DNA of 64,000 nucleotides, taken from contig CAWKAJ010000001.1 in NCBI GenBank assembly GCA_963847595.1, positions 759,263-823,262 on the forward strand. Reading direction: 5' to 3'. Origin of the DNA: an uncultured Chloroflexia bacterium (lineage in GTDB: Bacteria; Chloroflexota; Dehalococcoidia; SZUA-161). How positions within the stretch are numbered: position 1 is the stretch's first letter; each line of letters starts with the position of its first letter. The notes under the pieces were generated by a model. That model did not search any database. It was given only the letters and a program-made list of their open reading frames with translations, and was not told the DNA's origin. The position numbers and the translations under genes are program-made. Below are positions 17,921 to 27,677 of the stretch, piece by piece.

Positions 17921-18047
17921 CCCAAGTAACAGATATTGACACGAGGGCCATAATTCCGTAGATTATCGTCGAAAGATATTCCCTGAAGAACGCGTCACGT
18001 GTAGAGCCACTCAATTTAATCTTTAAGAACCAAAGGAGGCAGCACAA

Positions 18048-18812
18048 ATGACCATTCCCAACTTCTCCTTAAAGGGCAAAGTGGCTATCGTCACCGGAGG
18101 AAGCCGAGGCATCGGCAAGACAATTGCCCTGGGATTCGCCGAGGCCGGTGCCGACATAACGATTGCAGACATCAATATGGCGGAAGCAAACAAGACCGTC
18201 GCGGAGATTAAAGCCCTGCATCGGCGTGCTGTGGCGGTTGAGACCAATATCGCTATCAAGAGTCAGGTAGACAATATGGTAGCGAAGACTGTCGAGGAGC
18301 TGGGCACGATCGATATCCTGGTAAACGATGCTGCCATTAACATCATGCGCCCTCTTGTTGACCTTCGAGAAGATGGTTGGGATAAGGTGATGAACGTCGA
18401 CCTCAAGGGATATTTCCTGTGCAGTCAGGCAGCAGCGAAGGTGATGATGGGTAAACAGAGTGGCAACATAATCAATATGGTGTCCACCGGCGCTGCGAAG
18501 GCAGCCCCGGGGCTGGGCGCCTACAGCATAGCCAAGGCCGGTGTGGTCATGCTCACCAAACTTCTCGCTGTCGAGCTGGCCAGCTATAACATTCGCGTCA
18601 ATGCCATCGGCCCGTACCTGGTCAAGACTGCGTTCAGCCAGCCCATGTGGGCAGACCCCGAGGCATGCAAGTCTCTGGAAGCCTCTATCCCGCTCGGACG
18701 CCTCGCTGAGCCTCAAGACATACTCTCGACGGCGTTGTTCCTGGCCTCCGACGTTTCGAGCTATATCACAGGCCAGACCATATTTGTCGATGGCGGAACC
18801 ATGGCCGTCTGA
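18048..18812 (+). CDS. SDR family oxidoreductase (FabG-like)
   Basis: VTGGSRGIGKTIA cofactor motif and a YSIAK catalytic motif. Confidence 0.9.
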   Translation: MTIPNFSLKGKVAIVTGGSRGIGKTIALGFAEAGADITIADINMAEANKTVAEIKALHRRAVAVETNIAIKSQVDNMVAKTVEELGTIDILVNDAAINIMRPLVDLREDGWDKVMNVDLKGYFLCSQAAAKVMMGKQSGNIINMVSTGAAKAAPGLGAYSIAKAGVVMLTKLLAVELASYNIRVNAIGPYLVKTAFSQPMWADPEACKSLEASIPLGRLAEPQDILSTALFLASDVSSYITGQTIFVDGGTMAV

Positions 18813-18829
18813 GATTTAGGTGTGAACTA

Positions 18830-19501
18830 GTGACCAAGTCGTTCAAGGTCTGTAAAGACGTATACATGGTGGGTGGTTCCGATATCTCGCACCCTTACGA
18901 TTGCGGAGTCTACCTCCTCGACGCCGGCGACCTGGTGCTTATCGATGCAGGCGCTGGCATGAGCTTCGACAAGCTTGTGGCCAACATAGAAAAGCTCGGC
19001 TTCGACCCCAAGAAGCTCAAGAGCGTTCTGGTAACTCATGCCCACATCGATCATATCGGCTCGCTTCACCGTTTCCAGAAGGAATTCGGCGTCCGCATAA
19101 TAGCTCACGAACTAGATGCCGACGCCATAGAGGGAAGAGGTGGGGTGGCCGCCGAGGCTTACCGCGTTGTCTACACCCCCTGCCATGTCGACCTGAGAAT
19201 CAAAGGCTCTGGGGAGACCTTGAAGCTCGGCAAGTACGAACTGAAGGTGCTTCACATCCCGGGCCACACTCCGGGCAGCGTAGCGGCATACGTAGACATC
19301 GATAAACAAAGGGTGCTCTTCGGACAGGATATTCACGGCCCCTATTATCCTGAATGGGGAGCAGACCCGGCACAGGCTAAGCTATCGCTACAGAAACTTA
19401 TAGAACTAAAGGCCGATATACTGTGCGAGGGCCACTTCGGAATCTACCAGCCAGCCTCGGAGGTGAAGAGGTATATTCAGCAATACGTCTATAGCCTATA
19501 G
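18830..19501 (+). CDS. MBL-fold metallo-hydrolase
   Basis: THAHIDHIG (HxHxDH) and HIPGHTPGS motifs. GTG start. Confidence 0.9.
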   Translation: MTKSFKVCKDVYMVGGSDISHPYDCGVYLLDAGDLVLIDAGAGMSFDKLVANIEKLGFDPKKLKSVLVTHAHIDHIGSLHRFQKEFGVRIIAHELDADAIEGRGGVAAEAYRVVYTPCHVDLRIKGSGETLKLGKYELKVLHIPGHTPGSVAAYVDIDKQRVLFGQDIHGPYYPEWGADPAQAKLSLQKLIELKADILCEGHFGIYQPASEVKRYIQQYVYSL

Positions 19502-19561
19502 CAAATCCGTTTCAAATCCGCATTGGCGAGTTAATCTAATCTCAATACGGCTTGGTTTTCC

Positions 19562-20890
19562 GTGACAAATAAGCGTGTTATCGTCATCGGGGCCGGGGCA
19601 AGCGGCATGATGGCTGCGGGGCGAGCAGCAGAGTTGGGCGCTGAGGTGCTGCTCCTGGAAAAGATGAAACGCCCCGGCAAGAAGCTCCTCATCAGCGGCC
19701 AGACCCGCTGCAACCTGACCAACGCTAGAGAATTAGACGATTTCATCTCGATGTACGGCCCCAATGGGCGCTTTCTTCGCAACGTCTTCCACCGCTACTT
19801 CCGCAATGACCTGCTGGCATTCCTGAGACGCTACGGTGTACAGACCAAGACCGAGCCCGATGGCAGGATATTCCCCGCCTCTGACGATGCCCGCGATGTG
19901 GTGAAAGCCTTCCGGAGATATCTGGCTGACCATGACGTACAAATGCTCACCGGCGTCCGAGCAACCGGGATACAGGTTGAGAAAAAGCGTGTAACAGGCA
20001 TACCAACGGAGCAGGGCGAATATGATGCAGCAGCGGTTATCCTGGCGACTGGCGGCGCTTCCTACCCCGGCACTGGCTCCACAGGCGATGGCTATCGCAT
20101 GGCTGAAGCCGTGGGACATACCATAACGGGATTACGCCCTGCGCTGGTTCCCCTCGTTGTCCAGGAAGTCCGGCTTGCAAAAAGCATGCAGGGCGTCGGC
20201 CTTGGCAGTGTTCGCTTGACCGCCTTCCGGTCCCGGGCCGACGATATTGAGGCATCGCTGACCCCAACTAATGACATAGGGCGCGGCACTGGACATGGTA
20301 AAGCTCCCCGGCCCATCATTGAAAGCCGCAGGGGCAAGATAATATTCACCCATTTCGGCATCAGCGGGCCCGTCACGTTGCAGATGAGCCTGGCGATAGT
20401 CGATGCGCTGGAGAAAGGGCCCGTGAGCGTGTCCATCGACCTTCAACCCGACCTCAGCGAGAAGCAACTGCACCAGCTTTTTCAACACGACTTCGAACTC
20501 CACGGCAGGCAGGGCTTTAAGCGCATCATCTCAGACCTATTGCCCCGCAAAATGGTTGAGCCTTTCGTCGCGATGACCGGCATTCCGACTGATAAACCCG
20601 TTAATCAGGTCAGCGCCGAAGAGCGAAAAGCGTTAGTCGGCTTGCTCAAATCCCTGCGTTTCAACATCGCAGGCCCTCTGCCCCTGGCCGCTGCCATGGT
20701 CACCGCTGGCGGCGTCTCGCTTAAGGAGGTAGACCCGCGCACTATGGCCTCGCGTTTGGTCGCTGGACTTTACTTCTGCGGCGAGGTACTGGACCTGGAT
20801 GCCGATACCGGCGGGTATAACCTGCAAGCTGCTTTTTCCACAGGCTACGTCGCCGGCGAGGAGGCAGCCGCCTTCGTTAACGCTACATAA
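19562..20890 (+). CDS. NAD(P)/FAD-dependent oxidoreductase, BaiN/HI0933-like family
   Basis: VIVIGAGASGMMAA dinucleotide fold, then GKKLLISGQTRCNLTN and GEVLDLDADTGGYNLQ. Confidence 0.85.
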   Translation: MTNKRVIVIGAGASGMMAAGRAAELGAEVLLLEKMKRPGKKLLISGQTRCNLTNARELDDFISMYGPNGRFLRNVFHRYFRNDLLAFLRRYGVQTKTEPDGRIFPASDDARDVVKAFRRYLADHDVQMLTGVRATGIQVEKKRVTGIPTEQGEYDAAAVILATGGASYPGTGSTGDGYRMAEAVGHTITGLRPALVPLVVQEVRLAKSMQGVGLGSVRLTAFRSRADDIEASLTPTNDIGRGTGHGKAPRPIIESRRGKIIFTHFGISGPVTLQMSLAIVDALEKGPVSVSIDLQPDLSEKQLHQLFQHDFELHGRQGFKRIISDLLPRKMVEPFVAMTGIPTDKPVNQVSAEERKALVGLLKSLRFNIAGPLPLAAAMVTAGGVSLKEVDPRTMASRLVAGLYFCGEVLDLDADTGGYNLQAAFSTGYVAGEEAAAFVNAT

Positions 20891-20892
20891 TA

Positions 20893-21000
20893 TAAGGGGA
20901 GTGCAGAGGGGCTTTGCCCCTCTGCCAAGGGGCTGGGGGACACCCCCAGCCCCTTAAATTCCCCTAAGAATGGGGGCTACAGGGGATTGATAAGAATTAA
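20893..21000 (+). repeat. Triple-hairpin intergenic repeat, copy 3 (loops of hairpins 1 and 2 complemented)
   Basis: GAGGGGCTTTGCCCCTC and CTGGGGGACACCCCCAG, where the other copies have loops AAA and TGT. Confidence 0.85.
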
Positions 21001-21004
21001 GTCC

Positions 21005-21580
21005 TCACAATACGCGGATTCCGAACTCTTTAAGCCCTTCCGCCAAAGCGCTGAGGGGAAGCCCTATCACATTGAAATAGTCCCCTTCGATTCTTTCCAC
21101 AATGACAGAGCCCAATCCCTGAATTGCGTATGCTCCGGCCTTGTCCAGTGGCTCCCCTGATTTAACATAGGCCTCGATCTCGTCCGAGGTTAAATTCTTA
21201 ATATGGACTACTGTCTCCACCGATTTAGTTAATACTTTGTTCTTGTCTGTATCCAGAATGGTGAAACCTGTGATCACTGAATGAGGCTTTCCCTTCAACC
21301 TCGTAAGCATTTTTCTTGCTTCAGCCCCAGTGCCTGGCTTACCCATGATTTTGCCCCTGAACACAATAAAGGTATCGGCGGCAATGACTATGGCATTCTT
21401 ATGCCTGCTGGCGACCACCCTGGCCTTCCCCAGTGAAATCGCTCTGGCAAGCTCATCAGGGCTTAATCCCGAGCGCATATCTTCCGCATAATCGCTGGGC
21501 TCGACCTCGAATTTCAGGCCGATTTTCTCCAGAAGTTCTCTTCTCCGCGGAGACGCTGACGCCAATATAATTCTCTTCAT
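21005..21580 (-). CDS. maf: Maf-like nucleoside triphosphate pyrophosphatase
   Basis: IILASASPRRRELL N-terminus. 191 aa. Confidence 0.9.
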   Translation of the reverse strand: MKRIILASASPRRRELLEKIGLKFEVEPSDYAEDMRSGLSPDELARAISLGKARVVASRHKNAIVIAADTFIVFRGKIMGKPGTGAEARKMLTRLKGKPHSVITGFTILDTDKNKVLTKSVETVVHIKNLTSDEIEAYVKSGEPLDKAGAYAIQGLGSVIVERIEGDYFNVIGLPLSALAEGLKEFGIRVL

Positions 21581-21669
21581 GATTAATGCCTCACCTTGAC
21601 GATAAGAAAACAGGGTGTCGGCACGCTAGTTGCTTGACACCCTGTTCTTACACTCAAGAACCCTTTTGC

Positions 21670-23238
21670 TTAAGTGTTGTCCGCCTTGCTGTGCTGGTCT
21701 CGCAGCACCCTCTTCAGTATCTTGCCGGTAGAGGTACGCGGCAGTTCATTGACAAATACCACATACCGCGGTCTCTTAAAGCTGGAAAGCTTCTGCCGGC
21801 AGAACTCCATCAACTCCTCTGGAGTAGCCTTCGTACCTTTCTTGAGGACCACTACCGCCTTCGGTTCCTGCCCCCATTCCACGCTGGCAACTGCGATCAC
21901 CGCAGCCTCTTCGACACAGGGGTGGGCATACAGCACGTTCTCCACCTCTTCGGGGGAGATGTTCTCGCCTCCCCTTATGATCATGTCGTCGCCTCGCCCT
22001 GCCAGGTAGATGTAGCCCTCTTCGTCCATATATCCCTTATCGCCGGTGTGCAGCCAGCCATCCTTCGTCAGAGCCTTTGCCGTCTTCTCGGGATCTTTCC
22101 AGTACCCGCTCATCACCCTTGACCCCTTGGCCACAATCTCGCCCACCTCGCCCAAGGGAACCTCTTTGCCATGCTCGTCCGCTATCTTGATCTGCACATC
22201 ATCCATAGGCCTGCCAATGGAGCATTGCAGTCTTTTCAGCTTCTTCTGCTTTTGCTCCTCGGTCCCCGAGATAACATGGTCCTCAGGCCCGAGAGTGGTT
22301 ATAGTAGAGGCAGTCTCCGTCTGCCCGAAGGCATTGATGAACATCACCTTGGGGAATACTTCTATCGCCTTCTTTATCACCTCAAACGGCATCGAAGCAG
22401 CCCCATACGTTATCACCTTGAGGCAGGAAAGGTCGTGTTTACTGAACTCGGGGTCATCGATGACTCTCTTGAGCATAGTGGGCACGAGCATAGCTCGATT
22501 CGCTCTGGTCCGTTCCACCGTCTTCATCCACTCTTTCACCTCAAACTGCCTCATCATTGCCAGAGTCCTGCCGCCGTAGGTAGCAGCCAGCACAGCTTGG
22601 GCTCCGGCGACATGGTACAGCGGCACAGTGAGCAGGTTAGTCTCCTCTATCTCGGGGTCGACAGGGCTTACATTGCTCAGCATATATGTGACAAAGCTGT
22701 TATGTGTTAAGGGCACTCCCTTCGGCCTTCCCGTAGTCCCTGCGGTGTACATCAGCATGGCGACATCGTTATCGTCGATCTCAGTAAAGACATCCTCTGG
22801 AGATGCCTTAGCCAGCAGGTCTTCATAGTAGAGCATGCCATCTACTTTTTTATCTATGCTTATATAGTGCTGCACCTTGGGCAGATTGGGGCGCATGGTT
22901 CCCACCATCTCAAGGTAGCGCTCGCCGACAAATAAAATCTTGGCCTCACAGTTGTTGAGCATATAGGTAAGCTCTTCGGCCTTGGCTCTGAAATTCAGCG
23001 GTGCGAAGATAGCGCCGAGCTTTACCGTTGCGAAGTATGCTTCCAGGTACTGATTGCAGTTTACCTGCAATATAGACACAATGTCGCCCTTCTTGATTCC
23101 GAGTTTAGTAAGGGCGTGAGCTAGCCTGTTCGAGCGCTCGTTAAGCTGGCCGAAGGTGAAATTCTTGCCCTCGAAGATTATTGCCGGCCGGTCAGGTACG
23201 ATGGCGCTGGCTATGGTGAGGAAGTCAGTAGTATTCAT
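21670..23238 (-). CDS. AMP-dependent acyl-CoA synthetase/ligase (long/medium-chain fatty acid type)
   Basis: MYTAGTTGRPKGV AMP-binding motif. 522 aa. Confidence 0.9.
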   Translation of the reverse strand: MNTTDFLTIASAIVPDRPAIIFEGKNFTFGQLNERSNRLAHALTKLGIKKGDIVSILQVNCNQYLEAYFATVKLGAIFAPLNFRAKAEELTYMLNNCEAKILFVGERYLEMVGTMRPNLPKVQHYISIDKKVDGMLYYEDLLAKASPEDVFTEIDDNDVAMLMYTAGTTGRPKGVPLTHNSFVTYMLSNVSPVDPEIEETNLLTVPLYHVAGAQAVLAATYGGRTLAMMRQFEVKEWMKTVERTRANRAMLVPTMLKRVIDDPEFSKHDLSCLKVITYGAASMPFEVIKKAIEVFPKVMFINAFGQTETASTITTLGPEDHVISGTEEQKQKKLKRLQCSIGRPMDDVQIKIADEHGKEVPLGEVGEIVAKGSRVMSGYWKDPEKTAKALTKDGWLHTGDKGYMDEEGYIYLAGRGDDMIIRGGENISPEEVENVLYAHPCVEEAAVIAVASVEWGQEPKAVVVLKKGTKATPEELMEFCRQKLSSFKRPRYVVFVNELPRTSTGKILKRVLRDQHSKADNT

Positions 23239-23309
23239 GTGCCCTCCTATTTAATATTGCCTGGCTAAATATGTCATTCTGAGCGCAGCGAAGAATCTCG
23301 TCTGTTCGC

Positions 23310-24113
23310 TCACTTGCTGCCCAGCTTTGTCTTGACCTTCTTTACCACCTGGGACATAACTTTGCCTGCCTTGTCATCAATGCGGATATCGGCGGCGTGA
23401 TCCAAGCTGGTTTCGCCTTCGTTTATTATAACCAACTTTGCCCCTGACTGCACTGCATACTGCGGCATCAGCGCCGCCGGATAGACCACGAGGGAAGACC
23501 CAATCACTATACAGAGGTCACACATACTGGAGCGTCTCTCTGCTTCCATGGTCTCCTTAACCGGCATCGCCTCCCCGAAAAACACGCCCTCGGGCTTGAT
23601 GATTCCACCGCACTTGACGCATTCCGGGTCCTCAGCGCCAGCCTCTACCCACTTCATTACCTCCTCATTGCGCCAGCGCTCGCCGCAGCTAAGGCATCTC
23701 GCCCACTGCATGTTTCCATGAAGCTGGAGGACCTTATCCTCAGAGTTGCCGGCCTTTTGATGAAGTCCATCCACATTCTGCGTGATGACGCAATCTAGCT
23801 TGCCCAGCTTCTCCAGTTCAGCAACAGCATAATGAGCCTCGTTTGGCTTCATATCCTGCCAGCTCAACCCTACGGTCTTACTCATCCCCCACAGCCTCTT
23901 CCTCGCCTCGCGGCTGGTGACGAATCTCTGGTAGGTAAAATCTTCAGGGTCGAACTTCGTCCATAGCCCGTCAGGGCCCCTGAAGTCAGGTATTCCGGAC
24001 TCAGTGCTTATGCCCGCGCCGGTAAACACCACAATTCGCTTCGAACTTACGATAAGGCTAGCAACCTCATCGATAAGCTCGTTCAGCGTTTTGTCACCCA
24101 TTCCTTGCTTCAT
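23310..24113 (-). CDS. cobB: NAD-dependent protein deacylase (Sir2 family)
   Basis: GAGISTESGIPDFRGPDGLW, QNVDGLH and a Zn-ribbon CxxC...CxxC. Confidence 0.9.
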   Translation of the reverse strand: MKQGMGDKTLNELIDEVASLIVSSKRIVVFTGAGISTESGIPDFRGPDGLWTKFDPEDFTYQRFVTSREARKRLWGMSKTVGLSWQDMKPNEAHYAVAELEKLGKLDCVITQNVDGLHQKAGNSEDKVLQLHGNMQWARCLSCGERWRNEEVMKWVEAGAEDPECVKCGGIIKPEGVFFGEAMPVKETMEAERRSSMCDLCIVIGSSLVVYPAALMPQYAVQSGAKLVIINEGETSLDHAADIRIDDKAGKVMSQVVKKVKTKLGSK

Positions 24114-24148
24114 TCAGCCATCACCACCTCATCCTGCTTCATACATTC

Positions 24149-24904
24149 TTAACTCGGGGGACGAGTCGGAGCACCCGCTCCAACCGTGCCCAGCACCATC
24201 GCGAAAAGTTCTCTCTCCATCTCCAACCCCTGCTCCAGAGGCAGGTCTAAACCTCGGTTTATAGCCTGTTTAGCATATCTCACAGCGATCTGACTGCGAG
24301 ACATTATCTTCCTCGCCATATCCTCTGCAGCAGAGAGGAGATTGGCACGAGTCACTATCCTGTTTATCAGCCCCATCCGCAAAGCCTCGGCTGTGTTGAT
24401 GATCTCGCCCGTCAGAATCGGCGCCGTGCACATTCCCAATGGCACCAGCCTCGGCATAGTCTGGCTGCCCCCGGCGGTGGGCACCATGCCTAAGCCAACC
24501 TCCGGCAAGCCGAACCTCGCATCATCCGAGGCTATCCTGATATCGCAGCACATCGACATCTCCACCCCTGCCCCCAGTGCGAAACCGTGTATGGCAGCGA
24601 TTAGAGGCTTGGAGACACCCAGAAACCGCCCCCATAGGTCACGTTCCCACCTCACCTGCCGGGCAATGGCCTGAGAAGGAGTAGTGCCGAACTCAGTTAT
24701 ATCCGCCCCTGCAGAGAACCCCCTATCTCCAGCTCCTTTGATGATACCTACCATTACTTCAGGGTCATCCTCAATCGCAGGCAGCACCTCGTATAGCTCG
24801 TCTCTCATCTTTGTGTTGACTGCATTCAGCGCCTGAGGACGGTTCAGCGTGATATATGCAATGCCGTCTTTTTTCTGGTAAATTATAGTCTCAAAGGCAT
24901 TCAT
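24149..24904 (-). CDS. Enoyl-CoA hydratase/isomerase family protein
   Basis: Crotonase fold (FSAGADI, GFALGAGVE). Confidence 0.9.
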   Translation of the reverse strand: MNAFETIIYQKKDGIAYITLNRPQALNAVNTKMRDELYEVLPAIEDDPEVMVGIIKGAGDRGFSAGADITEFGTTPSQAIARQVRWERDLWGRFLGVSKPLIAAIHGFALGAGVEMSMCCDIRIASDDARFGLPEVGLGMVPTAGGSQTMPRLVPLGMCTAPILTGEIINTAEALRMGLINRIVTRANLLSAAEDMARKIMSRSQIAVRYAKQAINRGLDLPLEQGLEMERELFAMVLGTVGAGAPTRPPS

Positions 24905-24920
24905 TGCTGAAATCTATTCT

Positions 24921-25054
24921 TGAGATTGTTTAGCAACTGGGGAGTCCAGAGGAGCAAAGCCACTTTGACGGGGGTCTGGGGGTGTCCCCCAGCTTCTAAA
25001 GTCCCCCAAGAGTGGGGGATATAGGGGGTTGAAAAAGGATTCATAAACAATCTC
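24921..25054 (+). repeat. Triple-hairpin intergenic repeat, copy 4 (most complete; flanked by inverted GAGATTGTTTA/TAAACAATCTC)
   Basis: Three hairpins plus 11-bp terminal inverted repeats. Confidence 0.9.
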
Positions 25055-25831
25055 TTATTCTCCCTTAAAGGTTGCCTTTCTCTTCTCCAGGAAAGCCTTG
25101 ATACCTTCCGCCCTGTCCTTTGTGGTCTGGAGCAAGAAAGAAAGGTCTGCCTCCAGCCTCAGACCCTGCGCCAGCGTCATGTCCATGCCCTTGTTCAGCG
25201 CCTCTTTGGCATATCTCACGGCAATGGGCGCCCGCAAGATGAGCTTCCTGGCGATCTCCTCAGCCTCAGCAGCAAGACCTTGCTTGGATACTACCTTGGT
25301 TACTAGCCCTATGCGATACGCCTCGGCAGCATCTATAGGCTCAGCGGTGATGACCATCTCCGTAGCCTTACCCTTGCCCACAATTCTGGGCAGACGCTGG
25401 GTCCCTCCGCCGCCGGGAATAAGGCCATAAGAAGTCTCGGGGAAGCCTAAATGGGCGTTCTCCGAGCAAATCCTGATGTCGCAGCTCAGCGCTAGCTCCA
25501 GGCCAGCGCCCAAAGCATCCCCGTTTATAGCAGCGATGACAGGGCAATTCAGGCCAGCCACTGCAGTCGAGCTCAGGCTCGCAGCGTTGGTTACCTTCAG
25601 ATTATCAGCGGATGTTGAGCGAAGCTCGGCAAGGTCGCAGCCTGAACAAAATGCCTCTCCGGCCCCGGTAATGATAACTGCCCTGACGTCGTCATCCTGG
25701 TTTATGGCATGGCAGGCGTCAACAAGCTCGTTTGCCAGTTCTAGGTTTATGGTATTGCCAACTTTGGGGCGGTTGAGGCTGAGCCAGGCGACCTGCTCTT
25801 TCCTCTCGTAGATTATTGTCTTATAGGGCAT
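25055..25831 (-). CDS. Enoyl-CoA hydratase/isomerase family protein
   Basis: Crotonase motifs (FCSGCDL, GDALGAGLE). ATG at 25831 follows AAGGAA. Confidence 0.9.
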   Translation of the reverse strand: MPYKTIIYERKEQVAWLSLNRPKVGNTINLELANELVDACHAINQDDDVRAVIITGAGEAFCSGCDLAELRSTSADNLKVTNAASLSSTAVAGLNCPVIAAINGDALGAGLELALSCDIRICSENAHLGFPETSYGLIPGGGGTQRLPRIVGKGKATEMVITAEPIDAAEAYRIGLVTKVVSKQGLAAEAEEIARKLILRAPIAVRYAKEALNKGMDMTLAQGLRLEADLSFLLQTTKDRAEGIKAFLEKRKATFKGE

Positions 25832-26013
25832 GAGGGTTCCTTGCTTCACAGTCCAGAGCAAATCTTACCTGACACGCGAGTCTGTGTCAAGAAAAACGCT
25901 CTTGGAGTCACCGTCCGTTGCAGCGCACCGTCAGATGGAATATTATTAGCAACAAGAAACTCAGATTAATAACGGAGCAGGGTAATCGATGGGCTCTGGG
26001 GAGGTGCATTGAA

Positions 26014-27657
26014 ATGTCAGAGGTTGACGGAGGCAGTCTTGTTGCCAAAGCGCTGAAGGCGGAGGGGGTAAAATACCTTTTCGTGTTATGGGGCTTCCAC
26101 ATACTCACCATCATCCAGGCTTGCGAGCGTGAGGGGATCAAAGTAATCGATGTCAGACATGAGCAGGCGGCAGGACATGCCGCGGAGGGCTGGGCCAAGG
26201 TGACAGGACAGCCGGGTGTAGCTGCCGTAACAGCAGGCCCGGGTGTCACTGACGTAGTCACCGCAGTGGCCAACGCCTTCCAGGCAGGCAGCCCCATGCT
26301 CGTCATAGGCGGGCGCAGCCCGGTGAATTCTTTCGAGAAAGGCACACTCCAGGAGCTCGACCACATTGCGTTCATGAAGCCCATCACTAAATGGGCGCGC
26401 ACTGTGTTCGAGACCAAACGCCTCCCCGAATATGTCAGCATCGCTTATAGAAATGCCCTGGCCGGCAGGCCGGGACCAGTGTTCCTGGAATGCCCTATCG
26501 ACATCCTTGAGAGCCAGGTTGACGAGTCCCAGGTCTCCTTTCCTGAGCCGTCAAAGTCTCGCGCAACCTCCAGGACGCCGGGAAATCCCGACCTGATTAA
26601 GGCAGCAGCCAAACTTCTCGCCGCCTCACGAACCCCTGTGGTCATCGCAGGGAACACCGTATATTGGTCTCAGGCCAGCCAGGAGCTTCGCCAGTTCATC
26701 GAAGCCATCGATGCGCCAGTGTTTTTGAACGGCATGGGACGCGGCTGTATTTCTGCCGACCACCCTCAGTTCTTCGTCTACTCTCGCCGCTTCGCCCTGA
26801 GCCAGGCCGACGTCGCCGTGCTCATTGGGACCGAGATAGATTTCAGGCTGAACTACGGGGCTCCGCCCCTGTTCAATCCCAAGGGAAAGGTCATTCAAAT
26901 CGACATCGACCCGACCGAAATCGGGCATAACCGGAGTATCGACGTCGGCATTGTGGGAGATGCCAAAGAGGTATTGCATCAACTGCTGACAGAGCTGGAC
27001 AAGAAGAAAATGCCCCGGAGAACAGCCTGGCTGAAGAAGGTTCGAGGCTTCGAGATCAAAAGACTCAAGGCTCTCGAGCCCCTGTTGCACTCCGATGCTG
27101 TTCCTATCCATCCCCTGAGGCTGCTCAAAGAAGTTTGCGACTTCTTGGATCACGACGCCGTAGTAGTTGGCGATGGAGGTGACATCGTCTCCTTCGCTGC
27201 TCAAGTTCTGAAAACCCGCTACCCCGGACACTGGCTCGATACAGGTAAGCTGGGCTGCCTCGGAGTGGGGACTGGTTTCGCTATGGCAGCAAAACTGGCT
27301 AAGCCGGACAAGCAGGTGCTTCTTGTGCACGGGGACGGTTCCTTTGGCCTCAATGGCATGGAGTTCGACACCATGGTTCGACACAACATACCGGTGGTAT
27401 CAGTTATCGGAAACAACCGTGCCTGGATGCCCATCGTCGATGGTGATCCCGGCCTGGCCAGGCATTTGGGCTGGGCAAGATACGACAAGGTTGTGGAAGC
27501 CCTGGGGGGACACGGTGAGTTTGTGGAGCGCCCCAAGCAGATCCGCCCCGCTCTGGAGAGAGCTTTTGCCAGCGGGCTTCCCGCCGCCATCAATGTGATG
27601 ATCGACCAGACCAAAGGCTATTTTCATGTGACGTCTAGCCTGGGAGCACCCACCTAA
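26014..27657 (+). CDS. Thiamine-diphosphate enzyme (acetolactate synthase / oxalyl-CoA decarboxylase / 2-hydroxyacyl-CoA lyase-like)
   Basis: Three-domain TPP layout with GDGSFGLNGMEFDT and a GGAGGTG RBS before the ATG at 26014. I cannot assign substrate specificity by eye. Confidence 0.85.
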   Translation: MSEVDGGSLVAKALKAEGVKYLFVLWGFHILTIIQACEREGIKVIDVRHEQAAGHAAEGWAKVTGQPGVAAVTAGPGVTDVVTAVANAFQAGSPMLVIGGRSPVNSFEKGTLQELDHIAFMKPITKWARTVFETKRLPEYVSIAYRNALAGRPGPVFLECPIDILESQVDESQVSFPEPSKSRATSRTPGNPDLIKAAAKLLAASRTPVVIAGNTVYWSQASQELRQFIEAIDAPVFLNGMGRGCISADHPQFFVYSRRFALSQADVAVLIGTEIDFRLNYGAPPLFNPKGKVIQIDIDPTEIGHNRSIDVGIVGDAKEVLHQLLTELDKKKMPRRTAWLKKVRGFEIKRLKALEPLLHSDAVPIHPLRLLKEVCDFLDHDAVVVGDGGDIVSFAAQVLKTRYPGHWLDTGKLGCLGVGTGFAMAAKLAKPDKQVLLVHGDGSFGLNGMEFDTMVRHNIPVVSVIGNNRAWMPIVDGDPGLARHLGWARYDKVVEALGGHGEFVERPKQIRPALERAFASGLPAAINVMIDQTKGYFHVTSSLGAPT

Positions 27658-27677
27658 CCCATACGGAGAGAAGATAG

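Noticed and set aside
24149-24200. Possible frameshift at the 3' end of the enoyl-CoA hydratase, whose C-terminus (..LGTVGAGAPTRPPS) lacks the usual EG..AF.EKR tail.
   Set aside because: Neither alternative frame downstream encodes the expected motif, so it is probably a naturally short or divergent C-terminus.
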